Made by a program: the position numbers and the translations under genes. From the NCBI GenBank assembly GCA_030704615.1, contig CM060734.1, forward strand, positions 42,036,001-42,100,000: a stretch of 64,000 nucleotides of DNA, given 5' to 3'. Positions 36,801 through 48,137 of this stretch are shown one piece after another; the stretch's first letter is position 1, and every line of letters begins with the position of its first letter. Source of the stretch: Takakia lepidozioides. Taxonomy: Eukaryota; Plantae; Bryophyta. The notes under the pieces were generated by a model. It saw nothing but the letters and a program-made list of their open reading frames with translations. It had not been told where the DNA came from and searched no databases.

Positions 36801-39786
36801 AAGGACATTATCAATTCTAATCAGGGACACTATAATTACACCCTTAGATCCTAACCAGGTGAATTCATATACTCGCTTAAGAATGACTCAGACAAAGAAG
36901 TGAACGTCGTCAACGACATTCAATCTGGATCTATGATTGCAATCCTTATGAAGCCACATTTTTTCCCAAAAAAAGCAGTAGAGTTTCAAGTATGACATTG
37001 CACCTGTACACAACTCGCATCATGGCCCACTCTCCTCCAACCTGACTGTCAAAGTCGTTGGACCGTAAAATGTTACCATCTTTGGAGAACTCCCGGAAAA
37101 AACAGTATCTCTAGGTGAGACCTCTCCACTTCCTTATGTATCCTCCAATGACATTTGGGGAGGGGAAACAATCGAAATGTTCAGGTCCTTCAAAGTCTGA
37201 TCCAGCACAATGACGGTGCGCTTTTCGAGCTGCAAATAGTATATTTGTCAGAATTGCAAATAAGATACTCATCACATACTTGAAGAGAAGAAAACGGCAT
37301 GTTTGAATACACACCTGACTCCAAAATGTAGCCTTGTGGAGCCAGTTATCAAACACCAAATCACTGATTCCTTCCACCTTTGTGCTAGGCTGTATGGTGC
37401 TCTTTGGGAACTGATTCAAGTCCTTTACTGTCTGATCTGAGTTCCATATCTCCAGCCACCTTATTTTTGTTTGTGGGTCGACCATCGATATGGCCAGCCG
37501 GTGCAATTTCTCCTGCTGCATCTCCGGATGCACATGCTTGTCATAGTGTGTTTTGATCTGCTGAAGGAACTCAGGACCAAGTCCAGGATCTACTATTCTA
37601 AGCTGCTTTCCGAAGGCGGACATCAATTTGGTTCTTCGCATTTCAAACTCCTTCTTTATTGCAGCTTCCACACCCTTTGATGTCCTTAGTTCCTCTGGTG
37701 TAGTGCGGTAATATTCGGATTTTCCCTTCTCAGCTGCCTCTGCCAGTTCTTGCTGCATTGATTCAAGTAGTGATTAGCTCCAAAGGGACTACAAACATGT
37801 ATTCGAAAAATAAACAGAGTACAGACTCGGGCTTACCGCATACATGTACTCCAGAAACGCCTCTCGTGTCAAAGAATACCAAGTGCCTGCAGCTCTTCCT
37901 ATTTCGCACTTCTTGATGATATTGGGTGGTAGTACTGTCCGAAAATCATCCAGCTTCATCAGACCAATCCTCTGAATTCGGAATAGTGTGTGAACCAAGC
38001 TTGTTGTCACATGCGATTTCTCTGTCGATCTGCAAAAACATTGGAAACATTGCATTCCTTAACACTGTTTTTTGAGGATTAATAAGACACTACAGAGGGA
38101 ATGAAATCTCCTGGATGACTTACTTGTTCACGTCGTGCATAGTTGTAAGAAGCCTAGCGATGTCGTTTCCAGGATCCAAAACCATTGCCTCCACAACAAC
38201 ATGCTTGTCTTTGTCTTTCGCATGGTGTTTCTGAATGTATCCCATCCATGCCAGCAATCGGTGGTTGCCGTCCCAGACGTAGAACATGTGGTTGCAGAAT
38301 TGTTGGGTGTTCTTTCCCATCATGAGGCCCAGCTCGAACTCCTCATTGGCATCTTTCCAGCACTCATCCCAGTTATCACTGATCTCTGGAGACACTAATG
38401 TGCTTTTCCCATTTATATCCGTCAGTGACACATAAAAAACTTGTGCACCAAGTCTATATCCATGCACAAAATCACTCTCCAATTTTGTTATGTCATGGGA
38501 AAGAGGTGGACGCACAACAGGCATTGATATCATCCGGCACAGAGGGATGTCCAGACGCCCTCCAGATACGAGCATGTCCCTTATAACCTCCTGAGAGTTT
38601 ACCTTCTGGAATGACATGAGTTCTTTCACCTTGTCAAGGTAGTGCACTTCAGATTCATCTGCTTCATCTGTATTCTCTGAGCTTTTTGTGGACTCGTCCC
38701 CATCTCCAGATCCTTTCCCCTCTGATCCTGTAGGCTTCGACCTCACAGTTTTCTGCACGATGCCATTCAGTTCTGACTGAGTAATTTGCAAATAGTGAAT
38801 GGCGGTAACGACCATCACTTTGTCTCAAAGAAACTCACTATGAATGGTGTGAAACAATTCAGCACAATCTACACAAGCAAATCTGATACTGCCGTATTCA
38901 AAACAAAAGTGAGAGCGATAGCGAACGGCGTTAACGACAATCACAAAAGATAATGACCTGCCGGATCGGTGTTGTGTAATGACATCTATGTGCAAGTGAT
39001 TGGCGGCAACGACATTCAGTATAGTTTAGGGCGGACAGTAAGTACAGATTATTCAGATTGACTCCACTGTGATTACCGTCGCCAGCATGGGAAGAGGAAG
39101 GACTGCTTGAAAGGCAATCAGATGGACTGTATGGTCTGAACAACGATGATTGACGGTATGCCGACCCTCACTCTCTCTTCAAACACATAGGTACATAAAT
39201 CTCATGAGGAGAATCGAATGGCGTTAACGACGCTCGCAATTCAGTAGTTCCTGCTAAAGAAGGGAAGAGGAAGGACTCATTGAAAGGCAATCAGACAGAC
39301 TGTATGATCTGAACAACAGTGAATGACTGTACCGATAGTCACCCACTCATTGTGCGGTAAACCCTTAGCAGAGGAGTAGAAAGCAAATCACCTTTGTGAT
39401 GGTCGGTAGCGACAGTCCCTGTCTGGGACATTCCACTCAAATCTCTACGCATATCTTCAACAATGAAATGTAAGTTAGATAAAACTTACTGGCGCCTTCT
39501 TAGGTTTTGAAATTGGATCCCCTTCTGCAGCTTTTCTCTTCCCTCTCACATCTGCTGGAATTTCTGTCTGCTCTAGGGTTTCTCGACCTTCTCCCGGTTC
39601 CGCGTTCCGCGTGCTTCCACCTCCTTCAGTGTCCCTGCGAATCATCTCTGCCTCCACAGACTGGCGCACTCTTATCGCCGACTGTGTCACAGCCGCTGCC
39701 TCAGTCTCCGTCTGCTCTTCTGAATCAGTCTCCGTGTTCACCTGCTGCCTTGGCCCTGTGTTCTCCAACAAACGACGCCTCGTCAT
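33870..39786 (-). pseudogene. Multi-exon MULE cargo gene: ParB/Srx-like domain plus beta-class N4C/N6A DNA methyltransferase-like domain
   Basis: ParB-like IPLCRMISMPVVRP...FYVWDGNHRLLAW (38250-38560). MTase-like ADIVILDIPDG (35230-35262), KEKSPAFMQILLESCS and spliced VVDLSVSTG|ATYHACKAGGRSVFGMEGD (34320-34580). In-phase GT-AG junctions; some frameshifts and stops. Confidence 0.75.
36199..39237. repeat. About 10 copies of the 24-bp palindrome GTGAATG(T/G)CGT-CA-ACG(A/C)CATTCAC in cargo-gene introns
   Basis: Starts at 36199, 36305, 36466, 36573, 36779, 36900, 38795, 38921, 38996 and 39214. Confidence 0.9.
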
Positions 39787-40634
39787 TTGCTCTGCCTCTC
39801 TCTCTAAAGGAAGTAAAATAAAGAGACTTTCTTCTCTTTCGTATTGTAGAAGGAACCCTCTCCAGCTTGACTACCACTCTCTCTCTAAGCGCGAAAAGTA
39901 GAAAAACGCAGTGACTCCCGATTTCTTGCGGGATTGCCTGCGTTCTTGCGTGTCTCTAGAAGCATCGGATTCCCTCTCGCGTGACCGTTACACATAGTCG
40001 TTCCCTTATTAGTGCACATGCCAGCATTTGGTGTACAGCTGCTCGTATTCAGTCATGGATGTCTGACGTGTGTCGCCCAAAATAAACGGCGTGTTCTTTA
40101 TTAGAACGGTTTCAATATTTAAAAATAACAGCGAATCCCAGAAATCTTGGCGCACAGTCTTACACAAATAAATGTAAATGAACGAGAGTTTGATGACAAA
40201 TCTTGGAATATCATACACGGTCATCCTTGTTAGCCAAACCCCACATTCGTTTCACATTTGGAACTTTCCAGGTGCGCATGATCATTGGTAGTAGTATAAA
40301 GATACATTTACTTAATTTGCAATCCCATCCTCAGATCCTGTGGCATGCTTCCAGGAAGTCGGCTTTGTTATTGGGTTTATTGATGAGGTTTTGGTTAACG
40401 GTTTAACAGCTGCCGACACTGCTCCTAGGGATACTCTGACCACTGGGCCCACATGAAAAGTAATTAAAATGGACGGCTGCATATCTGGAAAGAATAACAT
40501 AATATGCACAGTCGTTGTCTGAGCTTCCTCCGCCATATTCTCTGCTCATTCTTCAACTGTGTTCTGGAGACATCAGTAAACCGATTTACACTAGATCTGC
40601 GATAGCAAGGTACAAACGTACGCGAGGAAGGAAG

Positions 40635-43600
40635 ATGGCTTCCTCTGAAGCGGAGTTCTTCTCTGACGACAAACCAATGTCATTCTCCCAGGAAGTCCTT
40701 GACAATGGATTTGCAATTGTTCTGGAACATGTCTTGGCTACCCGTTTTCAGCTGCAGAATGGCTCCATCTTTTTGGAGAAAGAGGTGTACGATCTTAAAG
40801 GGAAGTTGTTGAAATACTCTTTCCAAAACCGTGATGAGACGGCTCATATCAGCCAGTGGAGAGTGTGTCCTGGTCGATACAGAGTACTTGGAGAGCCTCG
40901 GTGAAAGTCCCTTGGGTCATATGTGACGCCCGGGACTGCTGCTTCGGTCGTTGAAGACAAGAGGGAGGTGGTGGTGAAAAAAGAACAGACGTCCTCCACT
41001 CCAATCGTTGAGCTTTCGGATTCTTCCGATGATGACATAAGTGAAATTCCAAATCCAGTCCTTCCTACTGTGGTTGGAGAAGTTGATGAAGAAGAGATTT
41101 GTAGTGTCATTCCAAAATTGCGGGCGATGGGAGGAATGGCTGGATTCAAAAGTGAGTTGCGGGGAATTGATTGGGAATCTTTGAAGCAGGTGCCTGTGAA
41201 GTTCTTGCCAGAGACTTTTGATGCGATATCCTATTCGAGCTGCCTCCTCCTCCGCGAGTTGGAGGTGTAACAATCATGATGCATAGAATGGACAAGAAAC
41301 ACGATGGGCACCCGTGGTGCAGAACAAAAACATCCAATATTCAGAATGATGACAAACTTGTTTTCAGGAGGACAGTTTGCAATGGACACCTTAGGTGTGA
41401 TAATTTGAATTGCAGACACTTTCTTCAGTCTGGGGTTCATAATCAAAGCGAATGGGAGGGTCTGGTGGAAAATCCATTTCAGCCTGGGACTGCCCCTCCA
41501 CCGGCAAACACTTTCGTCTGCAAATTCTGCAAACTTGTGCCATCCTGCTTGGCGCTTTGCGGAGCAAGAATGTACTATGTTGTCCACCGTTTGAAAACAA
41601 TGACAAGAGCTTGTGTGCATTTCGGATTCCATAACCATCCTGTCTCGAAGGGGGATTACAGGGAGAGTGTTGAGATAGTATCGAGGTTGATTAAACAGGA
41701 GTTCGGGAGAAACCCATCTGCAACAACATCTGCAATTGCTCTTGGCGCAAGCAAATCCTTCTTGGAAAGCCATATTTTGAGTGAAGGGGATTCTGTGGGG
41801 ACTAAACTTGACGGTGCAGCATTGGACCTGGTCATGGATCATTTCTCCACTTTAAGTTCACCGAACATTCGACATCAGATCAATGCATTGAGAATGGGCT
41901 CTGGGATCAGAGGCTACATAGACAATATTTTGGAATTGAAACGAGTGAGCAAGTACGATTACATCCAGGACAATGTATTCCCAGGTCAAGGTGTCATCAA
42001 AGTTTTTCTTTTCAAAATGTCGACTGTTGGGGAGGGCAGTGGGGTTAGCCTCGTGAAGCGGATGCAGAAGACTGGGGACTTGCACAACTGTTTTCTTATG
42101 TTTGATCATGTGAAACGAGTGAAGGATTGGACAACAATGGCTTGTCATGTCTACGATCCAGTGTACCAACGAGTTATGACAATTGCAGTTTGTGACATGC
42201 AATCCGAGGATACGGAATCCCAGAAGCTCATGTGGAATTCCCTGATACGTGTCATGGGCTGCCATCTCCAAATTTCGCAGGTTTCATGGCGGATAGTGCT
42301 CAAGCAAATTTCAATGCTGTTCGTATTGTCTTCGGATCGGGCGACCCAAAAGTGCCAATGCAAGGAAGAGAGCGTACATGTCTATTCCATTGGACACAAT
42401 CTCTGGAAAAACATACAAAGTCGGACATCAAACCAGAGATGCAGACTCAGCACCGTAAATTGTGCAAATAGTACAAAGATGCTAGAACGATGAAGGAGGC
42501 GGACACTTTGTTCCAGACAATTCGTGCCCGGTGGTTCTCTTCTGGAGCTGCATCACTTGAGAGTATGAGAGCATTGGAAGATTGGCTGGCGTTTTGGCAC
42601 TTCCGGTATAGACAGTGGGGAGCAGCCATGCCATTGGTACGAGGCTTATATTTATTGCTTTTTCATACATTTGCTTTCCATTTTATTGTGTCCTCGCTTT
42701 CTTTATGTTGTTTTCTGTTCACTGTTTTGAAGTGTGGTTCTGCACTTTGCAGAACATGTTCATTGAGGAAATGGCGAACATGCCATCTTGCAATTTGGCA
42801 GAAACTGTGCACAACGCATGGTTGCAACAGTCTGGGAAACGAGGTCGGGATTTGTATGTGGCAACAACAGATGATTTGATACGTGCCTTGCAACAACAAA
42901 CCCGATACCGTGATTTCTTACGAGGTGGGGTTGGTGGCAAGGGTCCGGACAAATGGGAGTTGATGTTGCGTGCTGCAAACAGATCTGGGGATCCAATCAA
43001 GATAGCACGGGCGGTGAGCATGTATGCCCAGGGAACGCCACTTGTTTCTAGAGTTCCACATCTTGAAGGGGAGGAGAGATTCGGCTCCTGTAAGAGGAAA
43101 TTGAACACTCCACCTGGTTCGGATTCAGATTCCCACAGGGCAGACCGTGATAACTTCTCGAAGCCTCGTGTTCCCCTGCATGACAGCTCCATGTCCGGAA
43201 CCTCCATTGTGGAGGAACCTCCAACACGACGGCAAGCTCCAACATCAAATAATGCCACTGAAATGGTGCAGGAGAGAAACAACCCCCTTGATGTGCTTGA
43301 GTCCGCATGCCCCGACCACGTTTGGCACATAGAACGCACAAGTGTAGGGTCTCGTGTGAAATGTACAGCGATCAGGGCAACTAATTTCGAGAAGTGCACT
43401 TCATCTATATCCAGAGGTGGTGCCCGAACTCCTGCTCTGACTTTCATGGGCTTGATGCGTCCATACGGTCAACCAGAAGCCAAAAACCACAAGTTCTGGT
43501 TCTGCGCAGATGATTGTGCCAGGTGTGTGCATGGAACTGTGCGTCCTTCCGTAGTGATGAAGCCATCTCCTCCAACCGTTTGGCCCGTGAAGGTGGGAAC

Positions 43601-44138
43601 ACGTCTCAGCTTTCAGGAGATTGAAATGCTGGAGGAGGCAGGTTTTTTCCTTGCGAGACAACCCCAACTCCATGCATGTGCTGCTACTTCTGCGTCCTCC
43701 CGGGTCCCCCCCGCAAATCCTGACTTGTGGCCAACCAAACGAGATGGAAAGCTCATTCGGCGTTTCCCTCCAACCGCTGAACACTTTGGCAAAGTGGAGT
43801 CCGCAAGAATGCTCCAAGCTCGTGTTGGAAGCACCACGGAAGTACCCGATCCAGGATATGGTCGGGTATTCACAATCATCACTTCCACATCTGCTGTTCA
43901 TGACAGGACCTACGACATCACGGTTTCCAATTTCCCCAATTGCACATGTCCTGATTTTGTGAATATGCTATCAACCAGTTTGGGCAAGAGAGGTAAATTC
44001 ATACCCTGCAAACATTTGTATTTCATATTTTTGAAGAAGATGGTTTGCGATCCCAAACGTGACAACTTCATTCACCAGGCCACTATGAGTTTCAACAAGG
44101 TCGATACTCTTTTGCAGCGGGATACAACACATGGGTAG
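40635..44138 (+). pseudogene. MULE transposase: GCM-like Zn/DNA-binding domain, DDE core, SWIM finger
   Basis: DGHPW...C.GHLRC...C...C..C...C...HFGFHNHP; FLMFD; GFMADSAQAN; CLFHW (CxxH); CNLAETVHN; CTCPDF...CKHL. Stops at 40902 and 42469, frameshifts at ~41225 and ~42255, probable intron ~42637-42752. Confidence 0.9.
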
Positions 44139-44745
44139 CATCAACTATGCAATGTGGTATGTGGACGACCATGATTTGAAATGTGTAATTCACATCAATT
44201 CGTCGGCGGTGCAATGATATGGCCTCCAACTATACGGAGTGAGCTCTGAGTGACAACTTTTAGGTAGTGCACATTTGTCATTGCACCATTCGAAGTCTAC
44301 ATGTCTTGCTGTCGCTATGCACTACAATCATCTTTTGAAGATGATCCTAACTCTCATTGTTATTTGAGGAGGGAGGAAGGTCTTCCCGTGGCAGCCTTTA
44401 TGGCGCACACTTTGTGAGGATATTTTTCCGTCCTCATAATTGTAAAAGTGAAACAAGCATTTGTAATTGCACAATGTTGGATGCTGCAATTGTAGGCCTC
44501 AACGCTCGTCTTGATTCTATTTAGGCAAGATTCCCTGCATTAATTCCACGGTCATAGGACCATCCACGGTTATAGGCGGCGCATGTTAATGCTGACGTGG
44601 CAGATGACGGACAGTGCCACGTCATCATTTACCGCCACATCAGCATGCTGACATGACGCTCATGCCACGTCAGCGTGTGTGCAGGCTCACGCCATGTCAC
44701 TCCTGCGTGAGCGTACGCTCGCGCGCTCACGCCATTGCGTCGTTG

Positions 44746-45604
44746 TTGCCTATAAGGTGAACAACCTATAAGGTGAACAACATCTGTGGGGTATCCAAGG
44801 TCTACCATGACAGCGAGTAGACAAGCATGGTCTAGGGAGCCGAATGCATTTTTAAAGTCAATGTATAGGAGGTATATGTCTTGTTTTGTAAGTCTTCTAG
44901 TGCGGATATAACATATTGTATTTGGCGAGTTGTGATTCTTGTGGCTCGGAAACCCTCTTGGGGGTCACTGAGGATGCGATGTTGTTCCCCATAGTTTGAG
45001 ATCATTGTGGTGAGTGTGCAAGTAAATAGCTTGTAGATAGTGTTTGTAAGGGCTATGGGCCTATAGTTAGTGAGGTCTGTAGGATCACCTTTTTTGAATA
45101 GTAGAATGGTGCGGCTGTGCTTTCAGGAGTGTGGGATGCATTGTAACCGATAGCATAGTTGGAAAAATGTAAAAATGAGGTGATGAAGTTGTGGATCAAG
45201 TGCTTGGAGTATGGCGTTTGGTATGAGATCGGGGCCTGGGGCTTTGGATTTAGAGAGGGCTTTGAGGCAAGATTCGTAGAGGTCGATTGTAAATAGGTCG
45301 CAAATACGGTCTGTAGGGGAGCCTCGTTTATCCAGTGAGAAGCCGTCGATATCATGCCATGGGTAATGTTTGACTTTGCACATGCAGGTGGGAGAGTGGA
45401 GGTTGGGGTGTAGGCAATTTACAACCGTGGGCGTGTACGATGATGATGCCTGGGTCCATATCTCATTGTTGATGTCTCTTGGATCTGTTATGAGGTGGCC
45501 CATTCGATGCTTAAGACAATCATGGGTGGGTTGAGCAAAGGATTGAAGATGGCTTTGTGAGCTTTCTTAGGATGGTCGTGTAGTAACTTGCGCGTCTGCG
45601 TCCT
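44746..45604 (-). mobile_element. LINE piece 2: RT N-terminal half; continues at 33182-33125 beyond the MULE
   Basis: KAPGPDLIPNAIL, PIALTNTIYKLFT, QEGFR, YIDFKNAFGSLDH and LGYPTDVVHLIG|NIYTN. Confidence 0.9.
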
Positions 45605-45879
45605 TTAATTTACCACTCCAATCATTGGATGTCCGACCCAACTTCCACGTCTGTTGTAACTAGTCGTTTGTAACTTCCAGTCGATCCCGGTTTTTTGACT
45701 TTTACGACTCAAAATGAGTCGTTACCCCAGTGGTACATGACATGAATGCTTCTAGTATCAGCTACACTGTGGTGGTTCTCATGGACCAATCCGACATTAC
45801 CAGACTACAGACACAAGCAGCACACATAAGAGGTCCGTTTGGGTTCATGGTCAGTCGAATCTTCCATGGGTCATGACAC

Positions 45880-47495
45880 AAGGTGGAGGACAATCTGGTG
45901 AGGGCACCTTCTTCTTCAACCTATTTCAGCCTGTTTTTCCCTCTCATCAGACTCGACCCTGAATTCGCAGCACGGAGCAGAGCTGGCATGAGTTTTTAAA
46001 GATCCTTCACGATGGTGCGACAACCGCAATCGCAAGGTGTGGCTTTTTCTTAATGTACGATGTAAAGAAGTTTGTCCATCCTGCATTTGTCTCTGAACTA
46101 GGCTAGGCTCGTAGTTCCTCAAAAGCGGCAACCCTTAGTTCGTTCTGGAACACTTGGTTCAGCTTCTAGATGAAGGGTTTCTCTTCTTTTAATCTTCAGT
46201 TTTCTGGATGGTTCCAGATGAAGATATGCTCTTCTTGTCATCTATTTTAGCAATAGGCGTTTCCCAACCATGGCTCGGAGCTCGCTATTAATCAGTGAGC
46301 CATGGTATGTGGGTAGAAGTCTGTTTGCCGCAACCTTGTGGCCATAGACCCCGCAGCCAGTTTGGACAAAAACATGGAGAGAGGATGTACTCCCATTCCT
46401 TGTGAAAGTTGGCATTCCAACCGCCATTAATCCCCTGGGACTAACCCTCCCTGACTCATTTTTGGGGTTCGCACTCACCCGGGTTTAGCTTATCGCTGCA
46501 ACTCATGCTGCAGGTATAGGCGGTGAGAGAAGTTCTGCTGATGATATTGGTCTACATGTGGGTATGTGAATGTACAGGGGCGTGGAACAGTTTTGGAACA
46601 GTGGTCACAGGGCGTGTGGAACAGGGGATAATTAAGGTTGGCGAGGAAGTTGAAGTGGTTGGGTTTCGCACGGTAACAATCTTCCTTGCACAAAAACCTG
46701 GGCCCATATAACTTTCCTTCCTTTGGCAATGTCAGTACAGGGATTTGCTGTGTGATTCACTTCAGTTGGGTTTTGACACAAGGTCAAGGACAATGTGGTG
46801 AGGGCACCTTCTTCTTCGACCTATTTCAGCCTGTTTTGCCCTCTCACCAGACTCGGCCCTGAGATGCATATTGAATTCTGTATGTTAGCTCGTTGCTCGT
46901 TGATAAGTAGGGTTGGGGGTTGCTGGAACAATTCTAGGCTGTCATTGTCAGCTGCTAGCAGGAAGGCAAAGATGTATGCATGATTTTGTGCAAAGGCATA
47001 GATAGCTGAAGGAGCAGGGATAGAGTGTGAGTCCAGATTCATCCAAGAGGGTCGGATTTCAAGCTCCACATTACCTATGATTCCCTGTGGAAGGATAGAT
47101 ACAAGAAACCTGCATGGATAGATGGTCAACTGGAAGCCGCGGCACAATTGATAAAATCATGCACTGCTAGTGAAGGCACTTTCTTCAACACATTTCATCC
47201 TGTTTTCCCCTTTTATCAGAATCGGCCCTAAATTTTCATGTTGAATTCTGCAAGTTAGCTGTTGAGTGAATCTAGTTTGGAGTGACTTTGACATGATACT
47301 GCCAATGTGACAAGGATATGCATTGAACTCATTGGTAGCGGGATATTGGGATAACTCTTGGCCATGTGCCATCGTCAAAGCTGAAATTATACTAGTTGTC
47401 ATTCTGAACATTGCCCTGGTAGACATGTATGCCAAATGTGGGTGCAGCAAGCCTGATGCGAAAAGAGAATTCGACAACATGGCTAAATGAGATGT
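45880..47495 (+). pseudogene. Further PDF-motif/PPR family fragments, in opposite orientation to the 27-33 kb array
   Basis: DPSRWCDNRNRK|gt (~46000), IHPRGSDFKLHITYDS (~47035) and LVDMYAKCG (~47420); shared intron sequence. Confidence 0.75.
46575..46672 (+). pseudogene. Orphan EF-Tu (organellar) exon
   Basis: [24 protein letters not shown] followed by gt. Confidence 0.8.
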
Positions 47496-47564
47496 CATGC
47501 ACATACATATCGCTACACAACTACATCGCTGTCCAAAACCACACAACATATGTGCACACCAAAC

Positions 47565-47877
47565 ACTAGTCTAACACTAGTCCATCACTAGTGCACCACT
47601 AGGCTGCCACTAGACAACCACTAGTCACCACTAGTGCAGCCACTAGTCCACCATTAGGCTGCCACTAGCCACCACTAGTGCAACCATTAGTCCAACCACT
47701 AGGCTGCCACTAGCCACCACTAGTGCAGCCACTAGTCCACCACTAGGCTGCCACTAGCCCACCACTAGGCTGCCACTAACCACCACTAGTGCAGCCACTA
47801 GTCCAACCACTAGGCTGCCACTAGCCACCACTAGTGCAGCCACTAGTTCATCACTAGGCTGCCACTAGTCCTCCACA
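47565..47877 (-). repeat. CCACTAG-based tandem repeats, probably inside the 3' LTR of the adjacent Gypsy element
   Basis: More than 20 CCACTAG/CCACCACTAG units. The minus strand reads AGGGGGGCGAT (PPT-like) then TG at 47877. Confidence 0.7.
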
Positions 47878-48137
47878 ATCGCCCCCCTAGCTGGCGCTTA
47901 GGTCCCTCTAAGTCCAGGTAGCCACAAGATGTGATAGTGGTCATAGCCTCACAAAGTCCTCCACCATTGTCCCTACTACACTCAAACTCGATAGATCAAG
48001 AGGCCAGGTACAAGAGTTGCCCCATCGTTAGTCGCCGTCTTGCAACCTGTGAACTTGAGCCTGAGATCTTGGGTATTGACTCCTATGAGCTTGGCCTCCC
48101 ATGTTTTGTGAGCTGCCACTAGTCATATCCACTGCCA

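Larger units (their letters stand above)
33183..44745. mobile_element. Mutator-like DNA transposon (MULE), 11.6 kb, with two divergent genes
   Basis: 9-bp TSD TTGCCTATA at 33174-33182 and 44746-44754. Imperfect TIR CAGGGATGCCTCGGCGTGAGC versus CAACGACGCAATGGCGTGAGC (15/21). Subterminal CCACGTCA motifs at both ends. The flanks rejoin into a LINE RT frame. Confidence 0.92.

Noticed and set aside
36199-36923. CRISPR array interpretation of the 24-bp palindromes
   Set aside because: Spacers are 80-180 bp, uneven and partly homologous to each other; there are no cas genes and the context is a eukaryotic intron.
33870-39786. Bacterial or phage contamination as the source of ParB-MTase
   Set aside because: The gene has in-phase spliceosomal introns and lies inside a TSD-flanked element nested in a plant LINE.
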